This document shows positions 38,585-51,800 of a stretch of 64,000 nt of DNA, piece after piece (within the stretch, counting starts at the first letter, position 1; every line of letters begins with the position of its first letter). The translations under genes were made by a program, and so were the position numbers. This DNA is from Balanoglossus misakiensis (taxonomy: Eukaryota > Animalia > Hemichordata), in NCBI GenBank assembly GCA_040954595.2, contig CM082598.2, forward strand, positions 6,959,097 to 7,023,096. The letters are read 5' to 3'. A model generated the notes under the pieces. That model was not told the DNA's origin, searched no databases, and saw only the letters and a program-made list of their open reading frames with translations.

Positions 38585-41500
38585 TTTGGCTATTCTGTTC
38601 TCTCACTTTGGCTGTTCTGTTCTCTGTTTTTGTCTGTTCTCGGACACATTAGCTGGAAACTACTGGTCAGATTTCTTTGAAAATTGGTATGCATATATCT
38701 TCTGCCAACATCACAGAGCTCTATAAGTTTTGACCTTATATCGTGAATTTTCTACTTTTTATGACTTTTGTCATTTTTTCCACATCTTCTATGAAAGTTA
38801 TTGGTCGATTTCTCTAAAAAATTCAGTATAAAGCTTCTTATAGGTGATCTTTGTTTTGTTTTTCAAATTGTTGCGAAATTTGCGTATTTGTAATTATGGG
38901 CCAAATTTTGCAATTTTTGGTCAAAAATCGTTTTCTCGGAAATCGCTTGTCAGATTGCTTTGAAAATTGGTAGGCATGTTTTCAGGGTTAAGCAATTGTG
39001 AGTTGTGTTAAAATTTTGCTGAAATGTGCATATTTATGTTCTTGAGGTAGGGCCTAACTGTTGCAATTTTTCGTCAGAAGTTTTTGTCCTTGAAACCACT
39101 TGTTAGATTGCTTTGAACTTCGGTAAGCATGTTCCTTATACTGATTGATGTAAGATATTGTACAATTTTGGTGATGTTTGAATATTTGAGTTTGGCAGTT
39201 TTGGGACAGTTTTTTGAAATTAGGTCATATCAGCTCGTGTGGTATTAGGTCAATAACAAAAAATTAAGTCCAAACGTTGGCCACGCATCCTACTTAGAGC
39301 ACAAGTATGAAAAAACGACCAGTTTGTGTTACGTTACCTGCTTTCATTGAGAAGTAACAGCGCCCGCAAGTTAGGTTTTTAGAAAATTGGATCAAATTCA
39401 TGATAAGTTGAATTGAATCAACGTTTATTCCAGCTGGTAGCACTTTATCGACCACAAAGTCGTTTTGTTAGATGGGTAAAATTTAGGACCACTCGACCAA
39501 TGCAGAGCGAAGTTTAATTGTTTTGAAGTTGTCAAAATCGACGAAACAAACTAAGCGAGAAAATGGCAATTTGCGCTGTCGACATATTTCTTCTCCTGTC
39601 TCGAATTATCAATCCCATGAACCCCCCCCCCTCCCCCCCGAAAAAAATATATATCAATCAGGGATCATCACATAACTCGACTATGAATCGGACATGAAAT
39701 CAAACTCGACGATGGAAAAGCAGCCGATTCCGAGATAAACGCATCCCGATAGGATGAGAACTCCGCCATGTGACTTCATCTAATTTCTCTGCAAACATGG
39801 GTGGGTTGTACGTTGGTAATGTGTTTACAAAGCAAAGTTAAGACATAAGTCCAAACATGACCGTGGTCCGAAGCTTGGACACTCTTATCAAACAGAGCAG
39901 TACAGTGTGTGGAGACATCGCCCGTAAGACACACCACCGGCCCTGTCACACTGAGCTGCAATATGCTCTTGGCTCTCAGCCGTCCCAGTCGGTAGCAAGT
40001 CGTTACGGCACTTAACATTTATCAGTTCGGCCTGTAATGTACGCGACCCCGGCCGTGTCGGCCTAGCCGCAAACAGATTCTTCAATTTGCAGTTCAGTAA
40101 AGTTGGCGAACGGGATAGTATGTTAACGGAAAACGCAGGCCTATGCACAGTGCTGGCGAACGGGACAAAAGGACGCAATAAAAGCGAGTGTGCTGTCAGA
40201 TCAGTGGGACAACACGAATACATAACGTGTGGAAGGGCTAGGCCTAATATTCTCCCGAGAAAGTTCAATTCGTGTTCTGTAGATGTGAAATTGCGTTTAT
40301 TTAATGCTTTTTGTAATAACATTTATGACTCTCATTTATGGTGCGATTTTAATTTGTATAATATCCGGAATATCATCGTATGTCACAATAATTCACTTCG
40401 AAGACTTCTTGGTCACCCGGACACGAAAGTGCCTCTAACATATTTGTTCTAAACTCCGTAAACTGCTTCTCCGTCATGAGAAGAAAAGTCGTTTTTAATT
40501 TTTCTGTTCGTCTCTGTACTAGTCCCAATGTTTTGATCAATCGTCTTGTCTCATGAGATATGCGCTTTTATGGACTACATGCCCACTGGATTGACATTTT
40601 ACATTGATTCTTAAAACTATTATATTTTTACATTTATTTTATTTATTACTTTTCTAGTGTTTTTGTCAGTTTGTGTAACCTATTTCTATGGACGGTTGTG
40701 TCTGAAATAAAGATAAATAATAATCATAATAATAATAAAATAATAATTACGATCCCGAGATTACGATAAGCATAGGGACATTATAACGAGCCAACGTGAA
40801 ACTGACATGGAAACGATCGACAGTACGGTAGAGCACAGTGACTGTTGGTAGAGCGAGCGTGTTGCTGTGCGGGAGGCATTTACCATGTTTGTTTACAACA
40901 CACACCGACATGACCTGTGGCCGCAGTTGCAGCCTCCTAAGCGACCTAACCCAAGCAGTTTACGATCTCGGGTATCGTGGTCTGATTGACCAAAATGACA
41001 CAGAAAGAGAAACACATTAGGAAGTATTATAGCTCTGTTTCCTCGAAGTCGAATAAGTGTTCACAACACAAGGCACATCAAACCCGTTGTTCAGACATCG
41101 GAAGTTTGCAGTTCGCTTGCCTGGTTTGAAATGCGTGGCTGTGGTAGAAATTACCCACTGTGCCCCCCCCCCCCCCCCCCCCGATTTTATTGTGTAGACA
41201 ATGATGCACTCACACTCAAGAAGCAAATGAGATATTCTTTCGAATGTGAGCATGTTCCAGAGCGTTCTAAAGAAATAAAATATGCAGCTGTAGCATGTAT
41301 GCATATTCATAAGTGTGTCGTAATGCTAACTTTGGTATGTGATTGGGTAACAGGTCCTACTCACCATAACAACAGGTGATCATTGACCCGTTTCCGGTGT
41401 GCGACGCCGGGTTTCGACCACTTTCCTTCTACTTGCCGCGGGATCAAGACGTCTTTTCGGTAGGCTCATAATTCAGTCATTGCTTTCAGTAAAATCGCCT

Positions 41501-42850
41501 ATATAGCTACGTTACTGTCGCCCGATTGTTTTGTCTGGTATTGGGTGATTTGCAGCTATCCGTACAACACCTTGTAGTTGAACAGAAGTAGGTCTAATTC
41601 CAGAAACAATTCCGAGCTACGGGCGTGCAGCTAGCCATGCCTCTCGGCTATTCTGGGTATGGCTGCGCTGGCTCCCGAATCAGGAGACCAGGAAGTCATA
41701 ATCGAGAAAGTCTAGTCATTTTTATAGGGTTATATTTTGTGAGAATGTTATTGCTAGGGCTCTTGCCTAAGCGCACGTAGGGCCGGTTTGTGATATTGAA
41801 ATAATGGCAGCGCTGCAGAATTTTTAGTGTCAAAATAGTCGACCATACTGTCGAACGGTTGTGCCAAAATGGCACGTCTGTGTGGCGACATAAGGTACGG
41901 GTAGAGAAGGTTTTTCTCCGGAAAGTCTCTTTGCTGGTGGACGGAACGATAGTTCCATACGTATAGTCTTTGTTTAGCGGAAGGTCGGAAGATCACGGTA
42001 TCTTTCCATACATAATTCATTACGTACTGTGAGGTTTTTATATGAGACAACTCGGTGTTTGCAAGTTTTTTTTTTAATTTTACGGTTTAAACGTGGTTGG
42101 TGTATTTTCGCTTTTCTGTTTGTTTGTTTTTTTCGTAACCTTTTTACTGTTTACATGTGGTTGGCGTATTTTCGCTTTTCTGGTGAGATTTCCACCTCTC
42201 CATTGGCATACTTAAAAAATTATCCTAATTTGTATTGGGAAAACCGATAAAACCAAAACCACAAATAAAGAAAATGTCTTAAACATTTTAACTCAGGCAT
42301 TGTAATCTGTTTGTTGGTGATACCCCTTTTAGCTTTGAGAGATAACCAATTTGATGTTTTAGTAAAGCCAATTTTTTGACCAGGGTGACAAGCATTTTTT
42401 CTCCAAGAGTCGTGTTGCTTAGAAGCATACTTTTGTATGTGTGGTCCCAGTTGATGAAAACCTGGTTGATGAAAAATGTGCATATTTATAATTTTGTAGC
42501 AATTTTTGCCATTTTTGGTCAAAAATTGTTTTCTCTAAAACCGCTTGTGAGATTGCTTTCAAATTTTGTAGGCATGTTCCTTGGGGATAATTAAATGAGA
42601 TATTTACAAAAATACTTGAAATTTACATATTTGCGTTTTGTGAGTGAAAGTTGTGGAATTTTTCATCAAAAATTATTTTCTTCCAAACTGCATGTCAGAT
42701 TGCCTTGAGCTTTGGTAGGCATCTTCCCTGAAGCGATTGAAGTAAGATATTATACAATTTTGGAGAAAATACTGATTTTTCTGAAACTGCATATGGGATT
42801 GCTTTGAAATTTGATAGGAATATTCCAAAGGGTAACCCGAGTTTTGTCTG
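38585..42850. repeat. HINE-like subrepeat element (38585-39215 and 42455-42850) interrupted by about 3.2 kb of other TE-derived DNA
   Basis: 'gaaaccgcttgtcagattgctttgaaa.ttggtaggcat' subunits on both sides; the reverse complement resembles 470-1345. Confidence 0.5.
40245..40748 (+). mobile_element. LINE 3' end fragment with (TAA)n tail
   Basis: NILPRKFNSCSVDVKLRLFNAFCNNIYDSHLW...HNNSLRRLLG, then a T-rich UTR and gtctgaaataaagataaataataat... tail. Confidence 0.75.
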
Positions 42851-45800
42851 ACTGTGTCGATTACCATATACTGAGACTCACTAAGTACACTATATGTTTA
42901 TATTACTAGGGAGTTTAGAATCCAATATGGCCGCCATACGAAGTGGGACATTTTGTGTAATTTGATTGATTTCTAAACTTGTCATATTTTAATTTATCGA
43001 TCTTGCAAATAAAAATAAAATGCCAAAAACTGAGTAACTTTCGTTTCTTCCCGCTTGTTAACGTCATATGTTGGTGTTGCCCATTAAAGTCTTTTTCTTC
43101 CCACTGGGAAAGTGGCTAGAGTCAATCAGTGCATAATGGCAGCATTACATGGCACTGAATAAATGGCAGGGGTGTTTACATCTCTTTATTTTTTTCACTT
43201 AAACCATTATAAATCTCTAACAGTATATGATAATATTGTGTATGCAACTTGGAGATGTGTTTCACTTCAGAGTTGGAATTTTTTTTAGTAAAGTCTGGGA
43301 AGTGACATGTCTTCAAAGTAACTGATGTTATCTGCTAAGAGCTGAATGCCCATGGGTGTTCTTTCCTAGATTTTATATTTTCTTAACATTTCATAGACCT
43401 GTGTATAATTATAATTTCAGTTATATATTCTAATTTGAGTTTAGGTAGAGTATGCATGGAATTAAAGTAATTATTCTGTAATTACCCAACCAAATATGTT
43501 GTCTAACTAATGGATATTTTGATTGTCAATTTGCACAGGCAACATTATTGAAGTAGCATTAAGAGTAGTTGATAATATTGCAGAGCTTCTAACTGGAAAG
43601 AAGAGCTTAGTAAATTTATCAGCTCATAATATTCCTTTAACCAATGAACTTTATATGAACTTGCACAGCTGCGTTTAAGATACAGGGATTAATGTTCAGG
43701 AAACCTTACCAGCTCTAGTACATTTATTTGAGCCAGAAATTGAATTACCAAAAAAATCAGTAATTTCATAAAGACACAGTCAGAAAAGAAATAGAGAAAG
43801 CCAGCAAGGAAGGGAGAAAAGTGGAATACATGAAAGACACAGTGTGCTTAAAATACGTGTGTGCAGTAAAACTGTATGGTGCAACGGCGTCCATTTTTAT
43901 GATTTATAGCCAGCCAGTCTTTCTATGCATATCATACCAAAATTTAATATGAAATTCTTGTTAATATTAATAGTCTACAAGGATAATACAGGTAACATGT
44001 AGAAATTAAACTATCCAACTTTCTCCACTTTTGATATCCGCTCGACACAGGCAAGCAAAAGGGCCGATCTGAGACTTTGATTTGAATGATGGCAATTTTT
44101 GCTGTCCAGAAGTAACTGTATAAAAAAATGTTGGTAGTAATATAAGCTTTATGATTGCGAAAATACACAAGAATTTAAATATTTCCACTTACTTCAGTGA
44201 TTGAACTGATTTTCAGCAAATTGCAGTGTATAAACAAATATTGCCATCTAATGAAATGTCAACCCAATATGGCCGCCCATTTGCAATAGTAAAATGCTAG
44301 GTTTACCATATTTGAGCGCCTGGGAATTTAAATTATAATCCAGATATCAAAAACATAAGTCACTATCTGTATCTGCACATATATTGTAATATAATCTGAA
44401 AATTTCGTGAAAATTAGATCAAACATGATTGAGACACGGAACATCAAACATTGCAAATTTTCATATTTTACCATGGTGCCATGCAAAAATATAGTGATTT
44501 TTTTTTACAAGTTTAGATGATCTCCTGTAAAACTGAAAGAAGTAATCTTCTGTGAATCTTGCATTTTTATGTTGGAACCATGCTAACCACTTTGGTCCCT
44601 CCAATGCTGCTTTAAGTAAATGTTTTAATTGTCTTCTTCATGGCGGCCATATTGAATTTTCGGATAACCTTTAAAAGTTGACATTTTTTTCTAAAACTAC
44701 AGGGCCAATCAAGTTCTAATTTACTGTGCGGTTCAATGTTTGACAATAATATCATTAGTGGTCATGTGGCTTTGGATTTTTGAAAAATATCATAAAAAAA
44801 TTTCAAAAATCTATTTCTAATCAAGTTTTCAAGTAAATTGTGATTAGGTAAACCTTATTAGAGCCAAATTGGATTTTCTGATCTCCGATAAAAGACTAAA
44901 ATTTCCTATTTCTAGCCTGCTCATTGAAACCACACAAATTCTTTTTATGGATATGAGTCACCATATGACCAGAATATGTCACAAGTATTAGAATACTTTC
45001 ACATGTTCTTTGATCAAGTTTTTACAGAACTTGATTAAACAATTTGTTTGCGACTCTCGCATGTCCTTTGATCCAGTAATTCCAGAACTTATTTTATGTG
45101 GATATGCCTCTTGTTAAAAAGCACAACAGTCATGATTTTGTTCACATGAGTACTACTGCTGCCAGGACATAACCCAAATCTTTTGATAATTTTGGCAATG
45201 ACCTTTGATCTACTATCCCATGCCTTGGAATGTACAGCAGATACAGCCTTCAAATTTGTTGGACTGGAACACCTAATGAAGTATTAAACTTTAACACAAT
45301 AATTTTGTACATAAGCTATTTCAAGTAAACAAATAGAGCTTAGAAGTCTGGTTTTTGTTGGACAATAATTTTGTACATAAGCTATTTCAAGTAAACAAAT
45401 AGAGCTTAGAAGTCTGGTTTGTGTTGGACACTGATCAGTTTAAGATCAAAAATTTGTGTCACAATTTTGCGTGACCTCTGGCTTACTTTAACATTTCTTG
45501 GCATCCACAACAAAACAGCCTTTGCTTTCTGTTGGAACCATGCTAACCGCTTGGGCCCGTCCCATTTCTTCTTAATGGCGGCCATATTGGATATTCTGAT
45601 AACCCTTAAAAATTGACATCTTTTCAACAACTACAAGGCAAATCAAGTTCAAATTTACTGTGCGGTTCAATGTTTGACAATAGTATCATTAGTGGTCATG
45701 TCACCTTGGTTGTCATATTGGATTTTTGAAAAATCTCATGAAAAATTTCACAAATCTTTTTCTAATCAAGTTTTCAAGTGAATTGTAATTGGTTTAACCT

Positions 45801-48800
45801 CATTAAAGCCAAATCAGATTTTCTAAACACACAATTTAAAAAAATCCTATTTCTAGCCTACACAAATCCTTTAAATAGATACGAGTCACCATATGACCAG
45901 ATTATGTTACAATTGTTGGGCAACTTTCGAATGTCCTTTGATCCATTTTTTCCAGAACTTAATTGTATGTTGTTTTTCTTCTTGTTAAAAGGCACAACAG
46001 TCATGATTTTGTTCACATGAGTACTACTGCTGCCAGGACATAACCCAAATCTTTTGATAATTTTGGCAATGACCTTTGATCTTCTATCCCATGCCTTGGC
46101 ATGTACAGCAGATACAGCCTTCAAATTTGGTGGACTGGAACACCTAATGAAGTATTAAACTTTCACACATAATTATGTACATAAGCTATTTCAAATTAAC
46201 CAAAATAGCTTAGAAGTCTATTTTCTGTTGGACACAGCTCAGTTTGATAACAAAATTTGTTGGCCCAAATTTGCATGACCTCTGGCTTACTTACCATTTC
46301 TCAACATCCATAACGGATACAGCCTTTGCTTTCTGTTGGAACCATGCTAACCACTTTGGTCCCTCCAATGGTGCTTTTGGTAAATGTTTTAATTGTCTTC
46401 TTCATGGCGGCCATATTGAATTTTCGGATAACCTTTAAAAGTTGACATTTTTTTTCAAAAACTGCAGGGCCAATCAAGTTCTAATTTACTGTGCGGTTCA
46501 ATGTTTGACAATAATGTCATTAGTGGTCATGTGGCTTTGGATTTTTGAAAAATATCATAAAAAAATTTCAAAAATCTATTTCTAATCAAGTCTTCAAGTA
46601 AATTGTGATTGGGTAAACCTTATTAGAGCCAAATTGGATTTTCTGATCTCCGATAAAAGACTAAAATTTCCTATTTCTAGCCTGCTCATTGAAACCACAC
46701 AAATTCTTTTTATGGATATGAGTCGCCATATGACCAGAATATGTCACAAGTATTAGAATACTTTCACATGTTCTTTGATCAAGTTTTTACAGAACTTGAT
46801 TAAACAATTTGTTTGCGACTCTCGCATGTCCTTTGATCCAGTAATTCCAGAACTTATTTTTTGTGGAATTGCCTCTTGTTAAAAAGCACAACAGTCATGA
46901 TTTTGTTCACATGAGTACTACTGCTGCCAGGACATAACCCAAATATTTCGATAATTTTGGCAATGACCTTTGATCTTCTATCCCATGCCTTGGCATGTAC
47001 AGCAGATACAGCCTTCAAATTTGGTGGACTGGAACACCTAATGAAGTATTAAACTTTCACACATAATTATGTACATAAGCTATTTCAAATTAACCAAAAT
47101 AGCTTAGAAGTCTATTTTCTGTTGGACACAGCTCAGTTTGATAACAAAATTTGTTGGCCCAAATTTGCATGACCTCTGGCTTACTTACCATTTCTCAACA
47201 TCCATAACGGATACAGCCTTTGCTTTCTGTTGGAACCATGCTAACCACTTTGGTCCCTCCAATGGTGCTTTTGGTAAATGTTTTAATTGTCTTCTTCATG
47301 GCGGCCATATTGAATTTTCGGATAACCTTTAAAAGTTGACATTTTTTTTCAAAAACTGCAGGGCCAATCAAGTTCTAATTTACTGTGCGGTTCAATGTTT
47401 GACAATAATGTCATTAGTGGTCATGTGGCTTTGGATTTTTGAAAAATATCATAAAAAAATTTCAAAAATCTATTTCTAATCAAGTCTTCAAGTAAATTGT
47501 GATTGGGTAAACCTTATTAGAGCCAAATTGGATTTTCTGATCTCCGATAAAAGACTAAAATTTCCTATTTCTAGCCTGCTCATTGAAACCACACAAATTC
47601 TTTTTATGGATATGAGTCGCCATATGACCAGAATATGTCACAAGTATTAGAATACTTTCACATGTTCTTTGATCAAGTTTTTACAGAACTTGATTAAACA
47701 ATTTGTTTGCGACTCTCGCATGTCCTTTGATCCAGTAATTCCAGAACTTATTTTTTGTGGAATTGCCTCTTGTTAAAAAGCACAACAGTCATGATTTTGT
47801 TCACATGAGTACTACTGCTGCCAGGACATAACCCAAATATTTCGATAATTTTGGCAATGACCTTTGATCTTCTATCCCATGCCTTGGCATGTACAGCAGA
47901 TACAGCCTTCAAATTTGGTGGACTGGAACACCTAATGAAGTATTAAACTTTAACACAATAATTTTGTACATAAGCTATTTCAAGTAAACAAATAGAGCTT
48001 AGAAGTCTGTTTTCTGTTGGACACAGCTCAGTTTGATATCAAAATTTGTTAGCACAAATTTGCGTGACCTCTCGCTTACTTACCATTTCTCAGCATCCAT
48101 AACAGATACAGCCTTTGCTTTCTCTTGGAACCATGCTAACCGCTTGGGCCCGTCCCATTTCTTCTTAATGGCGGCCATATTGGATATTCTGATAACCCTT
48201 AAAAATTGACATCTTTTCAACAACTACAAGGCAAATCAAGTTCTTATTTACTGTGCGGTTCAATGTTTGACAATAATATCATTAGTTGTCATGTCACCTT
48301 GGTTGTCATATTGGATTTTTGAAAAATTTCATGAAAAATTTCACAAATCTTTTTCTAATCACATTTTCAAGTGAATTGTAATTGGTTTAACCTAATTAAA
48401 GCCAAATCAGATGTTCTAAACACACAATTTAAAAAAATCCTATTTCTAGTCTACACAAATCCTTTAAATAGATACGAGTCACCATATGACCAGATTATGT
48501 TACAATTATTGGGCAACTTTCGAATGTCCTTTGATCCATTTTTTCCAGAACTTAATTGTATGTTGTTTTTCTTCTTGTTAAAAGGCACAACAGTCATGAT
48601 TTTGTTCACATGAGTACTACTGCTGCCAGGACATAACCCAAATCTTTTGATAATTTTGGCAATGACCTTTGATCTTCTATCCCATGCCTTGGCATGTACA
48701 GCAGACACAGCCTTCAAATTTGGTGGACTGGAACACCTAATGAAGTATTAAACTTTCACACATAATTATGTACATAAGCTATTTCAAATTAACCAAAATA

Positions 48801-51800
48801 GCTTAGAAGTCTATTTTCTGTTGGACACAGCTCAGTTTGATAACAAAATTTGTTGGCCCAAATTTGCATGACCTCTGGCTTACTTACCATTTCTCAGCAT
48901 CCATAACGGATACAGCCTTTGCTTTCTGTTGGAACCATGCTAACCACTTTGGTCCCTCCAATGGTGCTTTTGGTAAATGTTTTAATTGTCTTCTTCATGG
49001 CGGCCATATTGAATTTTCGGATAACCTTTAAAAGTTGACATTTTTTTTCAAAAACTGCAGGGCCAATCAAGTTCTAATTTACTGTGCGGTTCAATGTTTG
49101 ACAATAATGTCATTAGTGGTCATGTGGCTTTGGATTTTTGAAAAATATCATAAAAAAATTTCAAAAATCTATTTCTAATCAAGTCTTCAAGTAAATTGTG
49201 ATTGGGTAAACCTTATTAGAGCCAAATTGGATTTTCTGATCTCCGATAAAAGACTAAAATTTCCTATTTCTAGCCTGCTCATTGAAACCACACAAATTCT
49301 TTTTATGGATATGAGTCGCCATATGACCAGAATATGTCACAAGTATTAGAATACTTTCACATGTTCTTTGATCAAGTTTTTACAGAACTTGATTAAACAA
49401 TTTGTTTGCGACTCTCGCATGTCCTTTGATCCAGTAATTCAAGAACTTATTTTTTGTGGAATTGCCTCTTGTTAAAAAGCACAACAGTCATGATTTTGTT
49501 CACATGAGTACTACTGCTGCCAGGACATAACCCAAATATTTCGATAATTTTGGCAATGACCTTTGATCTTCTATCCCATGCCTTGGCATGTACAGCAGAT
49601 ACAGCCTTCAAATTTGGTGGACTGGAACACCTAATGAAGTATTAAACTTTAACACAATAATTTTGTACATAAGCTATTTCAAGTAAACAAATAGAGCTTA
49701 GAAGTCTGTTTTCTGTTGGACACAGCTCAGTTTGATATCAAAATTTGTTAGCACAAATTTGCGTGACCTCTCGCTTACTTACCATTTCTCAGCATCCATA
49801 ACAGATACAGCCTTTGCTTTCTCTTGGAACCATGCTAACCGCTTGGGCCCGTCCCATTTCTTCTTAATGGCGGCCATATTGGATATTGTGATAACCCTTA
49901 AAAATTGACATCTTTTCAACAACTACAAGGCAAATCAAGTTCTTATTTACTGTGCGGTTCAATGTTTGACAATAATATCATTAGTTGTCATGTCACCTTG
50001 GTTGTCATATTGGATTTTTGAAAAATTTCATGAAAAATTTCACAAATCTTTTTCTAATCACATTTTCAAGTGAATTGTAATTGGTTTAACCTAATTAAAG
50101 CCAAATCAGATGTTCTAAACACACAATTTAATTTCTAGTCTACACAAATCCTTTAAATAGATACGAGTCACCATATGACCAGATTATGTTACAATTTTTG
50201 GGCAACTTTCGAATGTCCTTTGATCCTTTTTTTCCATAACTTAATTGTACGTGGATATGCTTCTTGTTAAAAAGCTTAACAAGTCAGGATTTTGTTCACA
50301 TGAGTACTACCAATAGAGCTTAGAAGTCTGGTTTTTTGTTGGACACTGATCAGTTTGATATCAAATTTTGTTAGCACAATTTTGCATGACCTCTGGCTTA
50401 CTTTACTATTTCTTGGCATCCACAACAGAAACAGCCTTTGCTTTCTTTTGGAACCATGCTTACCACATTGGTCCCTCCAATGCAGCATGTTGCTTTAATT
50501 GTCTTCTTCATGGTTGCCATATTGGATTTTTTGGAGATGCGTTTCACGTCAGAGTTGGAAGTTTTGTTTAGTAAAGTCTGTGAAGTGACATGTCTTCAAA
50601 GTGACTGATGTTATCTGCTAAGAGCTGAATGCCCATGGGTGTTCTTTCCTAGATTTTACATTTTCTTAGCATTTTATAGACCTGTGTATAACTATAATTT
50701 TAGTAATATATTCTAATTTGAGTTTAGGTTGAGTATGCATGGAATTAAAGCAATTATTCTGTAATTACGCAACCAAATATGTTGTCTAACTAATGGATAT
50801 TTTGATTGTCAATTTGCACAGGCAACATTATTGAAGTAGCATTGAGAGTAGTTGATAATATAGCAGAGCTTCTAACTGGAAAGAAGAGCTTAGTAAATTT
50901 ATCAGCTCATAATATTCCTTTAACCAATGAACTTTATATGAACTTGCACACCTGCCTTAAAGATACAGGGATTAATGTTCAGGAAACCTTACCAGCTCTA
51001 GTACAATTTTTTGAGCCAGAAATTGAATTACCCCCCCCCCCCCCCAAAGAAAAAAAAAAAATCAGTAATTTCATAAAGACATAGTCAGAAAAGAAATAGA
51101 GAAAGCCAGCAAGGAAGGGAGAAAAGTGGAATACATGAAAGACACAGTTTGCTTAAAATACGTGTGTTTGCAGTAAAACTGTATGGTGCAACGGCGTCCA
51201 TTTTTATGATTTATAGCCAGCCAGTCTTTCCATGCATATCATACCAAAATTTAATATGAAATTCTTGTTAATGTTAATAGTCTACAAGGGTAGTAAGGTA
51301 ACATGTAGAAATTAAACTATCCAACTTTCTCCACTTTTGATATCTGCTCGACACAGGCAAGCAAAAGGGCCGATCTGTGACTTTGACTTGAATGATGGCA
51401 ATTTTTGCTGTCCAGAAGTAACTGTATAACATTTTTTTGGTAGTAATATCATCTTTATGATTGCTAAAATACACAAGAATTTAAATATTTCCACTTACTA
51501 CAGTGATTGAACTGATTTTCAGCAAATTGCAGTGTATAAACAAATATTGCCATCTAATGAAATGTCAACCCAATATGGCCGCCCATTTGCAATGGTAAAA
51601 TGCTAGGTTTACCATATTTGAGCACCTGGGAATTAAATTATAATCCAGATATCAAAAACATAAGTCACTATCTGTATCTGCAAATATATTGTAATATAAT
51701 CTGAAAATTTCGTGGAAATTAGATCAAACATGATTGAGACACGGAACATCAAACATTGCAAATTTTCATATTTTACCATGGTGCCATGCAAAAATATAGA

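Noticed and set aside
41390-42050. CpG-rich segment with a 98-aa minus-strand ORF as a transposase or gene
   Set aside because: No motif I can confidently assign; it is probably TE interior and needs BLASTX.
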